A stretch of DNA of 64,000 bases from contig JBBCKI010000028.1 in NCBI GenBank assembly GCA_037190965.1, forward strand, positions 32,001-96,000, written 5' to 3'. Position 1 is the stretch's first letter. Every line of letters begins with the position of its first letter. This DNA comes from Chthoniobacteraceae bacterium (GTDB taxonomy: Bacteria > Verrucomicrobiota > Verrucomicrobiia > Chthoniobacterales > Chthoniobacteraceae). The notes under the pieces are model-generated. The model ran no database searches. It was not told the origin of the DNA and saw only the letters and a list, made by a program, of their open reading frames with translations. Positions 1 through 9,653 of this stretch are shown piece by piece. A program made the position numbers and the translations under genes.

Positions 1-1260
1 AAACCCCATCGAGGCATAGTACGCCGGGCCGAGGAATTCCGTGTGGCGGTGAATGCGCAGATCCACCGCGCCGAAGAGGGCGTCTCCGACGTCGCAGACG
101 ACCAGCGTATTGTCTTTCAAGAATGCGTTCAGGCGCTCGAAGAGACGCGCCACGGTCAGGGGGGCTTGCGGGTTGGGAGTGTAGCCGGAGGGTTTCGGCG
201 GACGGCCTTCGGACTCCACGGTCGCTTGGGAACTCTCAGGCTCGCGCTTGGTAATGGTGCTTCCCGCCCTTTCGACAAGTCCGTGCAGGAAGTCTTGAAA
301 GCGGACATTGTCAAAATGGTGGTAGCGAATGGAGATCGTCTCGCTCGTCGCGCTGATGGAGCGCGCGGGATCGAGCCGCGCCGTGTAGATGCCGAGGTTG
401 ATATCGGTCATGAACGCCCCGAGCATCAACACGCAGTCGCTATCCTCCACCCGTGCCCGCACATCGTCGCGGCCCATGGCCCCTTCGTAGAGTCCCAGGT
501 AGAGTGGGTGTTGTTCGCCGAGCACCGATTTGCCGAGAATGGTGGTGACAAAGGGGATGCCGGTCTTTTCAACGAAGGCGAGCACCGCCGTCTGAAGGTG
601 GAAACGGTGCACCTCGACATCCGCGAGCACGATTGGGCGCTTCGCCGCGTTGAGCAGGGCCGTGGCTTCTTCGAGAGCTTCACGCAATGCGGCGGGATCG
701 CTCGGTTCCTCGAATCGCGCGGGGGTATATGGCGTGACTCCACGCACATCGACGCGGTCGCGGGGGAGCTCGATGTAGACCGGTCTTTTGTGCCGCATCG
801 CGGCGTGGAGCACCCGGTCAATCTCCGCGAAGGCGGTCTGCGGATCGCACAGGACTGTCGAGGCGACGGTAATCTGCTCGAATACCCGCCGTTGCGTGTC
901 GAATTCGCGCACCTTGTGGTGGAGCAGGGGGTTCTTCTCGCGTTCCCGCATTCCCGGCGCCCCGCTGATGACGACGACGGGGGATTTTTCCGCGAACGCC
1001 CCGGCAATCGGGTTGACGATCTTCAGGCCGCCCACACAATAGGTGACGCACACGACGCCGAGCCCGCGTAGGCGCGCGTAAGCGTCGGCGGCGAACCCTG
1101 CCCCCTGTTCGTCGCAGGTGACGATGGTTTCCAGGGGGCTGCGGCTTAGCAGATCGTAAAACCCGAGCACATAATCGCCCGGGATGCCGAAGACGTGGCC
1201 AACTTCATGGTCGCTGAGCCGTTGGATCAGGTATTCGCCGATGGTAGGTGCCGTACTCAT
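1..1260 (-). CDS. TPP-dependent alpha-keto acid (indolepyruvate/pyruvate) decarboxylase family protein, 3' end beyond window edge
   Basis: Manual minus-strand translation from ATG at 1260: MSTAPTIGEYLIQRLSDHEVGHVFGIPGDYVLGFYD...CDEQGAGFAADAYARLRGLG...AGAFAEKSPVVVISGAP...DVGDALFG...PAYYASMGF. Absent from the ORF track because no stop lies in the window. Confidence 0.9.
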   Translation of the reverse strand, partial: MSTAPTIGEYLIQRLSDHEVGHVFGIPGDYVLGFYDLLSRSPLETIVTCDEQGAGFAADAYARLRGLGVVCVTYCVGGLKIVNPIAGAFAEKSPVVVISGAPGMREREKNPLLHHKVREFDTQRRVFEQITVASTVLCDPQTAFAEIDRVLHAAMRHKRPVYIELPRDRVDVRGVTPYTPARFEEPSDPAALREALEEATALLNAAKRPIVLADVEVHRFHLQTAVLAFVEKTGIPFVTTILGKSVLGEQHPLYLGLYEGAMGRDDVRARVEDSDCVLMLGAFMTDINLGIYTARLDPARSISATSETISIRYHHFDNVRFQDFLHGLVERAGSTITKREPESSQATVESEGRPPKPSGYTPNPQAPLTVARLFERLNAFLKDNTLVVCDVGDALFGAVDLRIHRHTEFLGPAYYASMGF

Positions 1261-1400
1261 GGATGGAAGAAAGGAAAACGCGTTCTGTATTCATCGTTTC
1301 CCAAAAGGTGGGGAGGCGTAACCCGAAATTCGAAGTTGATTGCGGCGGCCTTGCGCAGTTCCGCTCGCTTCAATATCGGATTTCGCGTTAAAAACCCGGG

Positions 1401-2885
1401 ATGCTGGTCTCCTTTTTTCTCTTTCTTGCCGGTCTGGCCGTAGGCGCGATTGCCGCCTGGTTCCATGGTCAATCGCAGGCGTCGCTGTTGCTCACAAGGC
1501 TTGCGGCGGAGAAGGAACGGGAACGGAGCGAATCGCTTCGCTCTCTGGAGCAGCGGCTTGCCGAAGCGAAGGCGCAGGGATCTCGCCTGCCGGAGTTGCA
1601 GGCCATTATTGCCATGCGCGATGAAGCCCTGGAGGAATTGCGCGACCGGCTCTCCGCTGCCGAGACCAGCGCCGCTGCCACACAGGTGGAACTGCAAAAG
1701 GAGCGGGAAGCCGCCGCCGAGAAACTCGCGATGCTGGAGAACGCCCGAACGAACCTCGCGGAGACCTTCCAGTCGCTTTCAGCGGAGGCATTACGCCGCA
1801 ATAACGCCTCGTTCCTCGAACTCGCCAATACTTCCCTTGAACGTTTTCAGGAAACCGCCCGAGGCGATCTGGAAAAGCGGCAGACCGCCATCACCGATCT
1901 CGTCAAGCCGGTGCGCGATTCGCTGGAGAAGGTCGATCTCAAGATCCAGGAGATCGAAAAGACCCGCGCCGGGGCCTACGAAGCGTTGACCCAGCAGGTG
2001 CGTGGGATGATGGAAGCCCAGGGGCAACTCCGCACGGAGACCAACAACCTCGCGCAGGCGCTCCGCTCCCCGGTTGTGCGTGGGCGGTGGGGCGAAGTCC
2101 AATTGCGGCGCGTCGTGGAACTCGCCGGGATGCTGGACCGTTGTGACTTCATTGAACAGGCCACCGTCGGCACCGAGGGTGGCGGGCGGCTCCGGCCGGA
2201 TCTTGTCGTTCAACTCCCCGGCGGCAAACAGATCGTCGTCGACGCCAAGGCTCCACTTGCCGCGTATCTCGAAGCCATGGAGGAACGCCATGACGAGCAG
2301 CGCGCCCGCAAGCTCACAACGCACGCGGTCCAGATTCGCGCTCACATCGATACCCTTACCAAGAAAGCGTATTGGGAGCAGTTCGCGCAGGCCCCGGAAT
2401 TCGTGGTCCTGTTCCTGCCGGGCGAGAGCTTCTTTAGCGCCGCGTTGGAGCGAGATCCCTCCCTTCTTGAGTATGGCACCGAGCGTATGGTCATTCTTGC
2501 GACCCCGACGACGCTCATCTCCCTCCTGAAAGCCGTCTTCTACGGCTGGCGGCAGCAGAACCTTGCCGCGAACGCGGAGGAGATTTCAAAGCTCGGCCGG
2601 GAACTCTACAAGCGGGTCTCCGATATGGGTGGGCATCTCGACAAGATGGGCCGCAGCCTCAACAACGCGGTCGATCACTTTAATAAACTGGCCGCCAACG
2701 CGGAGAGCCGCGTCCTTGTCACCGCCCGGAAGTTCCGAGAGCTTGAACCTGCGCAAACGGGCGACAGCATCGAGCCGTTGCCCCAGGTGGAAATTGCCGT
2801 CCGTCAGTTGCAGGCTCCTGAACTCGTTGTCGAGCCGAAGCGGAAGCGGGTCGATTCGGGAGAGGTATTGCTTTGGGAGGAGTAG
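1401..2885 (+). CDS. rmuC: DNA recombination protein RmuC
   Basis: N-terminal TM helix, long coiled coil, RGRWGEVQL, RPDLVVQLPGGKQIVVDAKAPL, PEFVVLFLPGE, ATPTTLISLL motifs. Confidence 0.95.
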   Translation: MLVSFFLFLAGLAVGAIAAWFHGQSQASLLLTRLAAEKERERSESLRSLEQRLAEAKAQGSRLPELQAIIAMRDEALEELRDRLSAAETSAAATQVELQKEREAAAEKLAMLENARTNLAETFQSLSAEALRRNNASFLELANTSLERFQETARGDLEKRQTAITDLVKPVRDSLEKVDLKIQEIEKTRAGAYEALTQQVRGMMEAQGQLRTETNNLAQALRSPVVRGRWGEVQLRRVVELAGMLDRCDFIEQATVGTEGGGRLRPDLVVQLPGGKQIVVDAKAPLAAYLEAMEERHDEQRARKLTTHAVQIRAHIDTLTKKAYWEQFAQAPEFVVLFLPGESFFSAALERDPSLLEYGTERMVILATPTTLISLLKAVFYGWRQQNLAANAEEISKLGRELYKRVSDMGGHLDKMGRSLNNAVDHFNKLAANAESRVLVTARKFRELEPAQTGDSIEPLPQVEIAVRQLQAPELVVEPKRKRVDSGEVLLWEE

Positions 2886-2901
2886 AAAGGACGGAGTACG
2901 G

Positions 2902-3171
2902 TTAGAGAGGCTGAATCGACAGGTAGACGAACGCGAGCATCGAGATCGTATTGATGACCCAGATCGGGATGGCAATCATCCGAGCCGCCTTCCTCGCCGC
3001 GCCCGGCGAGCATCCCGTTTTGGCTTGGTAGTAGGTTGCAAATTTTCGGGTGGCGATGATGATGCCAATCGAGGCAACGGCATAGATTACGACAAGATAA
3101 AGGATCACCGCAGACTGAACATTCATAGCCGCCTCCAGGTTCGCCATCCTGTCCTCATTGCCATTCCCCAC
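2902..3171 (-). CDS. small two-TM hypothetical membrane protein
   Basis: 89-aa ORF with two hydrophobic segments, overlapping the end of the upstream minus-strand gene; start uncertain. Confidence 0.5.
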   Translation of the reverse strand: MGNGNEDRMANLEAAMNVQSAVILYLVVIYAVASIGIIIATRKFATYYQAKTGCSPGAARKAARMIAIPIWVINTISMLAFVYLSIQPL

Positions 3172-3673
3172 GCCCGCGGGCTCGCTCCATCAGCGGATGA
3201 TCGACGGAGGTCAGTTGCCAGTCCCACGGCTTCCAGCTTTGTTGTTTCCAGACAAACGTGAATGGCTGGTTGGAGGTATTCACCGCGTCTTTTGCGAATT
3301 CCGCAATCGGCGTGCCGTTCCCTTCGATCCGAAGCATCGTCGTGATGGTGGCGGCCGTCCTTTCCGGGAGACTAAAAGCATGGGAGGGATCGGTCTCCAG
3401 CACCGTGAGCGCGAAGAATTGCCGGAGCACCTCGCGTGATTCCTTGATCACCCATGCTTTGTCATGGTCAAAGCGGTCGCGGAAATCTTCGGCGAGGAAT
3501 GCGTCGATCTTTTTCCATTTTCGCTCTTCGACGGCGTAGAGGAAATGCTTCTGGTGCAGGAGTACCTGGCGCTCCGGTTGCCAAAGCCAGATGCAGCGGG
3601 CTGCCACCAAGGCACAAATAACCGCTCCGAAAAGCAGGGATGATTTCGATTTTGGATTGAAGTCTCGGAACAT
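3155..3673 (-). CDS. hypothetical membrane-anchored protein, possibly NTF2/SnoaL-like fold
   Basis: N-terminal TM segment followed by AVEERKWKKIDAFLAEDFRDRF pattern reminiscent of NTF2-like proteins. Confidence 0.6.
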   Translation of the reverse strand: MFRDFNPKSKSSLLFGAVICALVAARCIWLWQPERQVLLHQKHFLYAVEERKWKKIDAFLAEDFRDRFDHDKAWVIKESREVLRQFFALTVLETDPSHAFSLPERTAATITTMLRIEGNGTPIAEFAKDAVNTSNQPFTFVWKQQSWKPWDWQLTSVDHPLMERARGRGEWQ

Positions 3674-3704
3674 CGCGGGAGAATGGGAGGTTTACGCGTT
3701 CAGC

Positions 3705-4205
3705 ATGTCTCAGCCTGATAATAATTTTGAAACCGGGATCGCCCAGGGCGGAGCGATCATCAGGCTGCGGCCCAATGTGGCAGGAATTGTGCAGAATGCC
3801 GAGGGCCAAATTCTGATCGGCGAGCGGTTGAATGTGGCCGGCTCATGGCAGTTCCCCCAGGGTGGGGTGGACAAGGGAGAGACCAGCGAGCAGGCACTGG
3901 CCCGCGAGATGGAGGAGGAGCTCAGCCTGCGTCCGGGCGCTTATCAAGTATTATCGAAAAAGGGGCCCTACCGGTATCTCTTTGGAAAAGGGCGGCAAAA
4001 AAAGGGGTTTCACGGACAGGAGCAAATTTATTTTCTCCTAAGGCTCACCGTGCCTGAGGCAGGTATCAACGTCGCCACCAGCCACCAGGAGTTTCGCAGC
4101 GTTCGGTGGATCAGGCCGTCGGAGTTCGACCTCAATTGGTTGCCTGGGTTTAAGCGGGCGGTTTACCGAGCGGTATTGACCGACTTTTTCGGCGTTCTCA
4201 AGTGA
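3705..4205 (+). CDS. NUDIX hydrolase, RppH/Ap4A hydrolase-like
   Basis: RPNVAGIV, WQFPQGGVDKGETSEQALAREMEEEL (Nudix box), GQEQIYFLL, FKRAVY; ATG at 3705 chosen to avoid overlap with the divergent gene. Confidence 0.85.
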   Translation: MSQPDNNFETGIAQGGAIIRLRPNVAGIVQNAEGQILIGERLNVAGSWQFPQGGVDKGETSEQALAREMEEELSLRPGAYQVLSKKGPYRYLFGKGRQKKGFHGQEQIYFLLRLTVPEAGINVATSHQEFRSVRWIRPSEFDLNWLPGFKRAVYRAVLTDFFGVLK

Positions 4206-4250
4206 CGGCGCTTGACGGCGGGGGGCGATTTCGGCACACAGAGCGCAATC

Positions 4251-4340
4251 ATGCTTACCTTGGGAATGTTTTCCTTCGTTTTCGTCGCCTTTCTGGGATG
4301 CGTCTGGTGGGCTTGCCATAACGAAGACCGGCTTAACTAA
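4251..4340 (+). CDS. putative 29-aa single-pass membrane peptide
   Basis: MLTLGMFSFVFVAFLGCVWWACHNEDRLN* in an otherwise empty intergenic gap; below the ORF-track length cutoff. Confidence 0.35.
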   Translation: MLTLGMFSFVFVAFLGCVWWACHNEDRLN

Positions 4341-4608
4341 CGGCCTCAGAGAACCTCGAGGGCCCTTAAAAGCCTGATCATCTCTGCGCAACGCTACGTC
4401 GTCGCGGAGTGCCGTGCCGGGTGATTGGAAAACGAACCGGCGGCCCGCTCTCACCGAAATCGCCATCCCGCCAAAGAATCGTTTTTTGCCCCCCAAAACT
4501 TTTCGCGGGAAAAGGCGCAAAGAGGGTGTATATTAGGAAAACAGAGCCGTTCGTACCGTGCTCTTGAGTAGGAGCATGGAGAAACGGCCCGAAACCGGAA
4601 TTCTCCCT

Positions 4609-4764
4609 ATGTTACACTACGCATTAATCTTCCTGATCGTTGCAATCATCGCGGCGGTTCTTGGCTTCGGCGGCATCGCGGGCACGGCGGCATGGATCGC
4701 GAAGGTGCTTTTTGTCGTTTTCCTGGTGCTGGCGCTCGTCTCGTTCGTGATGCGGCGAGCCTGA
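4609..4764 (+). CDS. DUF1328 / UPF0391 (YtjA-like) small membrane protein
   Basis: [46 protein letters not shown] is the characteristic family sequence. Confidence 0.92.
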   Translation: MLHYALIFLIVAIIAAVLGFGGIAGTAAWIAKVLFVVFLVLALVSFVMRRA

Positions 4765-4890
4765 AGCTTCGGAGCGATTCAAGTATCAGCCGTTTTTTGC
4801 GATGGGCGTGAGCCGTTACGCGGCTCTTCAAGTCCGGCAGTATGGAAAATGCAGCCGCTTCGCTTGAGAAGCGGCCGCATTTCTAACAGT

Positions 4891-5337
4891 CTAACGTCTG
4901 CCTGCCTGGCGGTGAATCGTCCTTTCGATCTGGCTGATCAAAGGACGGGGGCCGCCCCTCGTGTAAACGATCTCGCCCGCGATCTTTCCGCCCGGTTTCA
5001 GAAGGATCAGCGTAGGAAATCCGGAGACGCGGTACCTCATCTTCAGGATCTGGTTCTGCTCCCGTTCGTGCCGGGGCTGCGGTTTGCGAGCCGGGTAGTC
5101 GAGCTTGAGCAGAACAAGGTTTTGTGCGGCATAAGCTTGAAAGGCTCTTTGGTCGAGAGCTTCGCGGTCGAGTTTTTTGCAGTAGCCGCAGAAGTCTGAT
5201 CCCGTGAAGTACATGAGCACCGGCTTCTGTTCGGCCTTTGCCCGTGAGAGAGCGCGATTGTAGTTTGTGTGCCAGGCGTCGGCATGGGCCAGCGCTGGAA
5301 TTCCGATTGCCGTTATAAGAAGCAGGAGAAATTTCAT
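4891..5337 (-). CDS. secreted thioredoxin-family protein
   Basis: Signal peptide MKFLLLLITAIGIPALAHA; KPVLMYFTGSDFCGYCKKL (CxxC); YRVSGFPTLILL. Confidence 0.88.
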   Translation of the reverse strand: MKFLLLLITAIGIPALAHADAWHTNYNRALSRAKAEQKPVLMYFTGSDFCGYCKKLDREALDQRAFQAYAAQNLVLLKLDYPARKPQPRHEREQNQILKMRYRVSGFPTLILLKPGGKIAGEIVYTRGGPRPLISQIERTIHRQAGRR

Positions 5338-5369
5338 CGGCGGAACGTAGCTCGGCTTTTTCAAAACGC

Positions 5370-5405
5370 AAAACACCCTCGCCAAAAAAATTCGGCGAGG
5401 GTGTT
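5370..5405 (-). terminator. probable intrinsic terminator of the aminotransferase gene
   Basis: AACACCCTCGCC-loop-GGCGAGGGTGTT 12-bp stem followed by a T-rich tract on the minus strand, ~30 nt after the stop at 5435. Confidence 0.7.
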
Positions 5406-5434
5406 GAATTGCTAAACTGCTGTTATCTGGCTGT

Positions 5435-6598
5435 TTACAGCGTGCGGCAGAATTCTTCGAAACGGTCGAGCCCGTTCTTGATGATGTCCATGCTCGTCGC
5501 GTAGCTGAAGCGGATCGTACGGTCATCGCCGAAGGCGATGCCGGGGACCACGGCTACGTTGGCCTTGCTGAGCAGGCGGTCGGAGAAATTTTGCGAGGTG
5601 AGCGAGAGCCGGGAGATGTTCACCAGCATGTAGAAGGCGCCCTGTGGTTTCACGACGGAAACGCCCTTGATGGCCGAGAGACGCTGGAACATGTAATTGC
5701 GGCGCATCTCGAACTCTTCGCGCATGTCGCTGACCGGCTGCTGGTCGCCCTTGAGCGCGGCAATACCGCCCTTTTGCGCGAACGAGCAGGGGTTGGAGGT
5801 GCTGTGGCTCTGGATGGAGTCGATTGCCTTGGCAATCGATTCCGGCGCGCCGAGGTAACCCAAGCGCCATCCGGTCATCGCGTATGCCTTGGAGAACCCG
5901 TTGATGGTGATCGTCAGGTCGTAGATCTCCGGGGAAAGCGAAGCGATGGAGACGTGCTCGGCACCATCATAGGTCAGCTTTTCGTAGATCTCGTCGGAGA
6001 GAATGAGAATGCCCTCTTCCTCGGCCACGGCGGCGAGAGCGGTCAACTCCTCGCGGGTGTAAACGGCGCCGGTCGGGTTGCCGGGGGTGTTGATGATGAC
6101 CATCTTCGTGCGTGGGGTCATCGCGTCTTCGAACTGCTCAGCCGTCATTTTCCAGCCGTTCTCTTCGGTGGTCTGAACGAACACCGGCTCGCCACCGGCG
6201 AGGCGCACCATTTCAGGGTAGCTCAGCCAGTAGGGGGCGGGGATGATGACTTCGTCGCCGGGCTGCACCGTCGCGAGGATGGCATTGAAGCAGGAGTGCT
6301 TGGCTCCGTTGGAAACGATGATCTGGCTCGGCTTGTAGTCGAGCTTGTTGTCGGCGAGGAACTTGTCGGCGATGGCCTGGCGCAGGTCCGGGATGCCGGA
6401 GCTGGGCGTGTACTTCGTGAAGCCGCCGTCGAGCGAGGCCATGGCGGCCGCCTTGATGTGTTCGGGCGTATCGAAATCGGGTTCCCCGGCGCCGAAGCTG
6501 CAAACGTCAAGGCCTTCGGCCTTCATCGCCTTGGCTTTGCTGTCGATGGAAAGGGTGAGCGATGGTGTGAGGATGGTGGCGCGTGAGGCGAGGTCCAT
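5435..6598 (-). CDS. PLP-dependent class I/II aminotransferase (aspartate aminotransferase-like)
   Basis: GAGEPDFDTP, TKYTPSSG, NTPGNPTG, SDEIYE, GFSKAYAMTGWRLGY (PLP lysine), IRFSYA. Confidence 0.93.
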   Translation of the reverse strand: MDLASRATILTPSLTLSIDSKAKAMKAEGLDVCSFGAGEPDFDTPEHIKAAAMASLDGGFTKYTPSSGIPDLRQAIADKFLADNKLDYKPSQIIVSNGAKHSCFNAILATVQPGDEVIIPAPYWLSYPEMVRLAGGEPVFVQTTEENGWKMTAEQFEDAMTPRTKMVIINTPGNPTGAVYTREELTALAAVAEEEGILILSDEIYEKLTYDGAEHVSIASLSPEIYDLTITINGFSKAYAMTGWRLGYLGAPESIAKAIDSIQSHSTSNPCSFAQKGGIAALKGDQQPVSDMREEFEMRRNYMFQRLSAIKGVSVVKPQGAFYMLVNISRLSLTSQNFSDRLLSKANVAVVPGIAFGDDRTIRFSYATSMDIIKNGLDRFEEFCRTL

Positions 6599-6654
6599 AG
6601 GTATGTTTCGTTTTGGGTGTAACGGGATGAAAGGGAAGGTGTTTGCCGCGCAGT

Positions 6655-7830
6655 TTATGCGCAACCGAGGGCTGACTCCACAAACGGTTTCAGATTATTT
6701 TCGCTGATTCTCACAATGCCCATTTCCCGCGCGGCGTTTTCGGCCGAGTCGGAAGCATGGGCGGCATTGACCATCATTGTCTGGCCAAATTCTTTGCGGA
6801 TGGTTCCGGGAGGGGCCTTGGAGGGGTCCGTCGGCCCGAGAACCTCGCGGATCTTCTTTACGGCATCGACGCCCTCGTAAATCAGGGCGATGATCTTCTC
6901 CGAGCCGGGTTCATCGAGCTTATCGGGAGCGCATTCGCTGGGGCGGGTTCCCGCCATGAACTGCACAATCGACTCCCAATGCTGGCGGCCTTTGATCGGG
7001 CCAAGCAGTTCACCCAGCTGGCGCTGCACATCGGCGTCGATGGAAATGCCAAGCTCTTGTTCGGCCGCAAGTTTCACCACGGCACCGGCGGGCTCACGCA
7101 TCACTTTTTTGAGCGCGTCGAGCACCGGGCCGTAAAACTCGGAGGCTTGCGCCACGCTCATGAAGTGAACCTTCATGCCGATGATGGAAAGCCCTGTGCG
7201 CGAGAAGACGTCGATGACGCCGCCCGGGCGGTAGTTGGGGAAACGGAAATTGTCGGGCTTGATGAGCACCAGCGACCGCTCGATGTTCGCCCCCGGTTGG
7301 TAGGTCGCCGTGCCCTCCAGAAGACCGCCGTCGGAGTCGGAAAACTCCGCCCACAGGGCGAGATCACGCCGGGCACAGGCGATGTCCGGCGGGGCGAGAA
7401 CGGCAGGTTCAAAGTAGACCACCTTTTCTCCTTCGGTGATGTAGTCGCCGTAGGTGTCACGGATCGTCTCGCCGCTGGTGCGCTCGTGGACGATATGGCC
7501 GACCGCTTCGCGGACCTTTGCCACGGCGTTCTCTCCCTGAAACACCAGAAGCGCCACCCGGGGCTGGACGCCGCCGTCGATGGTGGGGTTAGGGAGGAAG
7601 TGCGTAAAGAGGTAGTCCCGGATCCGTTCCTGCGTCTTTCGGTGCCGAGGATCGGGGTCGGAAACGATGATCTCGGCATAGCGCTCGATCAACTTCCTGC
7701 TCGGGGCAAACATCCGCGCGCGCACCAGATCAAGGCCGGTGCGGGAAATCAGGCGCGATACAATGCCCCCCGTTCGAGCCTTGCGGATCGAGTGCGGCGT
7801 AATGAGCACATAGGAAAGTTCTTCGGCCAT
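6655..7830 (-). CDS. ndk: nucleoside-diphosphate kinase, two-domain form
   Basis: C-terminal domain ERSLVLIKPD...GPTDPSKAPPGTIRKEFG...NAAHASDS with catalytic His; N-terminal half is a degenerate NDK-like copy. Confidence 0.85.
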   Translation of the reverse strand: MAEELSYVLITPHSIRKARTGGIVSRLISRTGLDLVRARMFAPSRKLIERYAEIIVSDPDPRHRKTQERIRDYLFTHFLPNPTIDGGVQPRVALLVFQGENAVAKVREAVGHIVHERTSGETIRDTYGDYITEGEKVVYFEPAVLAPPDIACARRDLALWAEFSDSDGGLLEGTATYQPGANIERSLVLIKPDNFRFPNYRPGGVIDVFSRTGLSIIGMKVHFMSVAQASEFYGPVLDALKKVMREPAGAVVKLAAEQELGISIDADVQRQLGELLGPIKGRQHWESIVQFMAGTRPSECAPDKLDEPGSEKIIALIYEGVDAVKKIREVLGPTDPSKAPPGTIRKEFGQTMMVNAAHASDSAENAAREMGIVRISENNLKPFVESALGCA

Positions 7831-7949
7831 AGATGAAAATTGCCTGCGCCGACTCTCCCAAAACGGTCAGTTCCGGGGTCAAAACCAGCGAAGGCAGGGA
7901 TTTTTCAGCAATATTTTTTTGGGAAGCTACCGGTCGCAAGCGCGGGGCG

Positions 7950-8852
7950 TCAACGTGTTTTTTGGCGGCTTCTCTGTAAAGGGGTCTTGCCCGAAGCCTT
8001 TTTCGCCTTTTTTGCGGGCGCTTTTACACCTGTGTTCCGGGCCAGCAAGGTGACCCATTTTCCCTTGCGCACGGCGCGTTCGAACGTGAACCCCAGGGCG
8101 GTAAAGGTCTCCACCACTTCGGCTTCCTGCACCCGGAGAATTCCGGAGAGAAGGAGCAGCCCATCGGGGCGGACGGCGGCGGCAATGGACTTCGACGCGG
8201 CGATCAGTACCTGGCTGAAGAGATTGGCGGCAACGACATCCCAGGTGCGGACAGGGGTCCACTTGAGCACGTCGGTCTTTTTGACCGGCAGCGGCGCGGC
8301 TTTGTTGACCGCGACGTTTTCCTTGGCGGTACGAACGGCGTGGGGGTCGAAGTCGCACGCCTCGGCCCGTTTGGCCCCGAGTTTCTTGGCGGCGATGGCG
8401 AGAATCCCGCTGCCGGTCCCGAGGTCGTTGAATTCCCACGGAGTGTCCCCTTGTTCCTTCGCAACGTCACACAATAGACGCAGGCAGGAGGCCGTCGTGG
8501 CGTGGTCACCGGTGCCGAACGCCATCGCGGCGGGGATGATGAGAACGGGGCGTCCCTCGGGTGCCTTTTTTGCCGCCTCGGCGCTATCGACGACGACGAG
8601 CCGGTCGCGAATGGCAAGGGGCTTGCGGGGAGGAGGCTGGAGAACCGGCTTGTCGGCAACTTCATGAACGGCCCCGCCAAACTGGGTCACCAGCGCCTTG
8701 GCTTCGGCCTTCGTGAGGTTGTGCGCCTCAATGCGAAGCGATTTGCGATTGGGCAGGCCGACGATGGCAAGGCGCGTGGGCCCGAGGAACGTCAGACGTT
8801 CCACCCAGGCGTCTTCCCATTTGGCAGAGGCAAGTTTTCTCCAGACAAGCAT
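7950..8852 (-). CDS. prmA: ribosomal protein L11 methyltransferase
   Basis: IPAAMAFGTGDHATT, DLGTGSGILAIAAKKLGA, DVVAANL, LLLSGIL. Confidence 0.92.
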   Translation of the reverse strand: MLVWRKLASAKWEDAWVERLTFLGPTRLAIVGLPNRKSLRIEAHNLTKAEAKALVTQFGGAVHEVADKPVLQPPPRKPLAIRDRLVVVDSAEAAKKAPEGRPVLIIPAAMAFGTGDHATTASCLRLLCDVAKEQGDTPWEFNDLGTGSGILAIAAKKLGAKRAEACDFDPHAVRTAKENVAVNKAAPLPVKKTDVLKWTPVRTWDVVAANLFSQVLIAASKSIAAAVRPDGLLLLSGILRVQEAEVVETFTALGFTFERAVRKGKWVTLLARNTGVKAPAKKAKKASGKTPLQRSRQKTR

Positions 8853-8918
8853 GGGCCGATTATTGAGAGCCCCCGCCGTTACTCAATTCAAAAAGGGGAG
8901 GGGGTGTAAAAGCTGCGC

Positions 8919-9542
8919 TTAGCTTTTCGCGACGAGGGCGGCGGCGATCAAGAAGAGGCAGCCGAAGAAGCCGTCGATGCGGCGACGCCAGAGATCGTCT
9001 GTCAGTGAACGTAAGATTCGGGAGCCGATGGCGGTGTAGCCGCTCATGACGGCGAGGTCAATGGCGACCATGCTGGCCGCGATGAGGCCATATTGAAGCG
9101 GGAGTGAGTGCGCGGGATCAATGAAGCGCGGGGTAATGACGAACAACGCGAGGAGTGCCTTTGGGTTGCTCGCGTTGACGAAGAAGCCGTGGAGCACCAT
9201 GCCACCGGGGTTTGCCGGGATGGTCTGCCGGGCTGGTGCCGTTTCAACATCCCGATGCTGTCGGAATGCCGCGACGAGGAGGCGCAGGCCGACCCAGGCC
9301 AGGTAAGCAGAACCCAGGAACGTGAGAATGCCGATCGAGCCGGGGATGGAGATGAGCAGCGAGGCCAGGCCGACTGCCGAGATGAGGAGGAAGAGAAGCA
9401 GGGCCAACTGTTGACCGACGGCGGTCCAGATACCACGCCGCCAGCCGTGGGTCGCGCCACTTGACATGGAAGCGACCGCTCCCGCTCCCGGCGAGATGCT
9501 GATGAGGAGCATCGTCGCGATCCATGGCCAAAGGTGCGTCAT
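8919..9542 (-). CDS. LysE/RhtB-family amino acid exporter
   Basis: ISPGAGAV, LGSAYLAWVG, GFFVNASNPKA motifs; multiple TM helices. Confidence 0.88.
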   Translation of the reverse strand: MTHLWPWIATMLLISISPGAGAVASMSSGATHGWRRGIWTAVGQQLALLLFLLISAVGLASLLISIPGSIGILTFLGSAYLAWVGLRLLVAAFRQHRDVETAPARQTIPANPGGMVLHGFFVNASNPKALLALFVITPRFIDPAHSLPLQYGLIAASMVAIDLAVMSGYTAIGSRILRSLTDDLWRRRIDGFFGCLFLIAAALVAKS

Positions 9543-9653
9543 GGCTGTGCGATTAAAGGATATAGGTTGTGAACCATCTGCACGGGAATCATGCACACAA
9601 GCCTCCCCAAATCCAAATCAAACCCGAACGATGACAGGTGGTGCGAAAGCACC

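Noticed and set aside
43..1071. 342-aa plus-strand ORF
   Set aside because: Antisense shadow of the minus-strand TPP decarboxylase gene (1..1260); no recognisable motifs.
5591..8667. Long plus-strand ORFs (5591..6586, 6757..7836, 7840..8667) and similar antisense or alternate-frame ORFs throughout the window
   Set aside because: They overlap well-supported opposite-strand genes; expected artefacts of high GC content.
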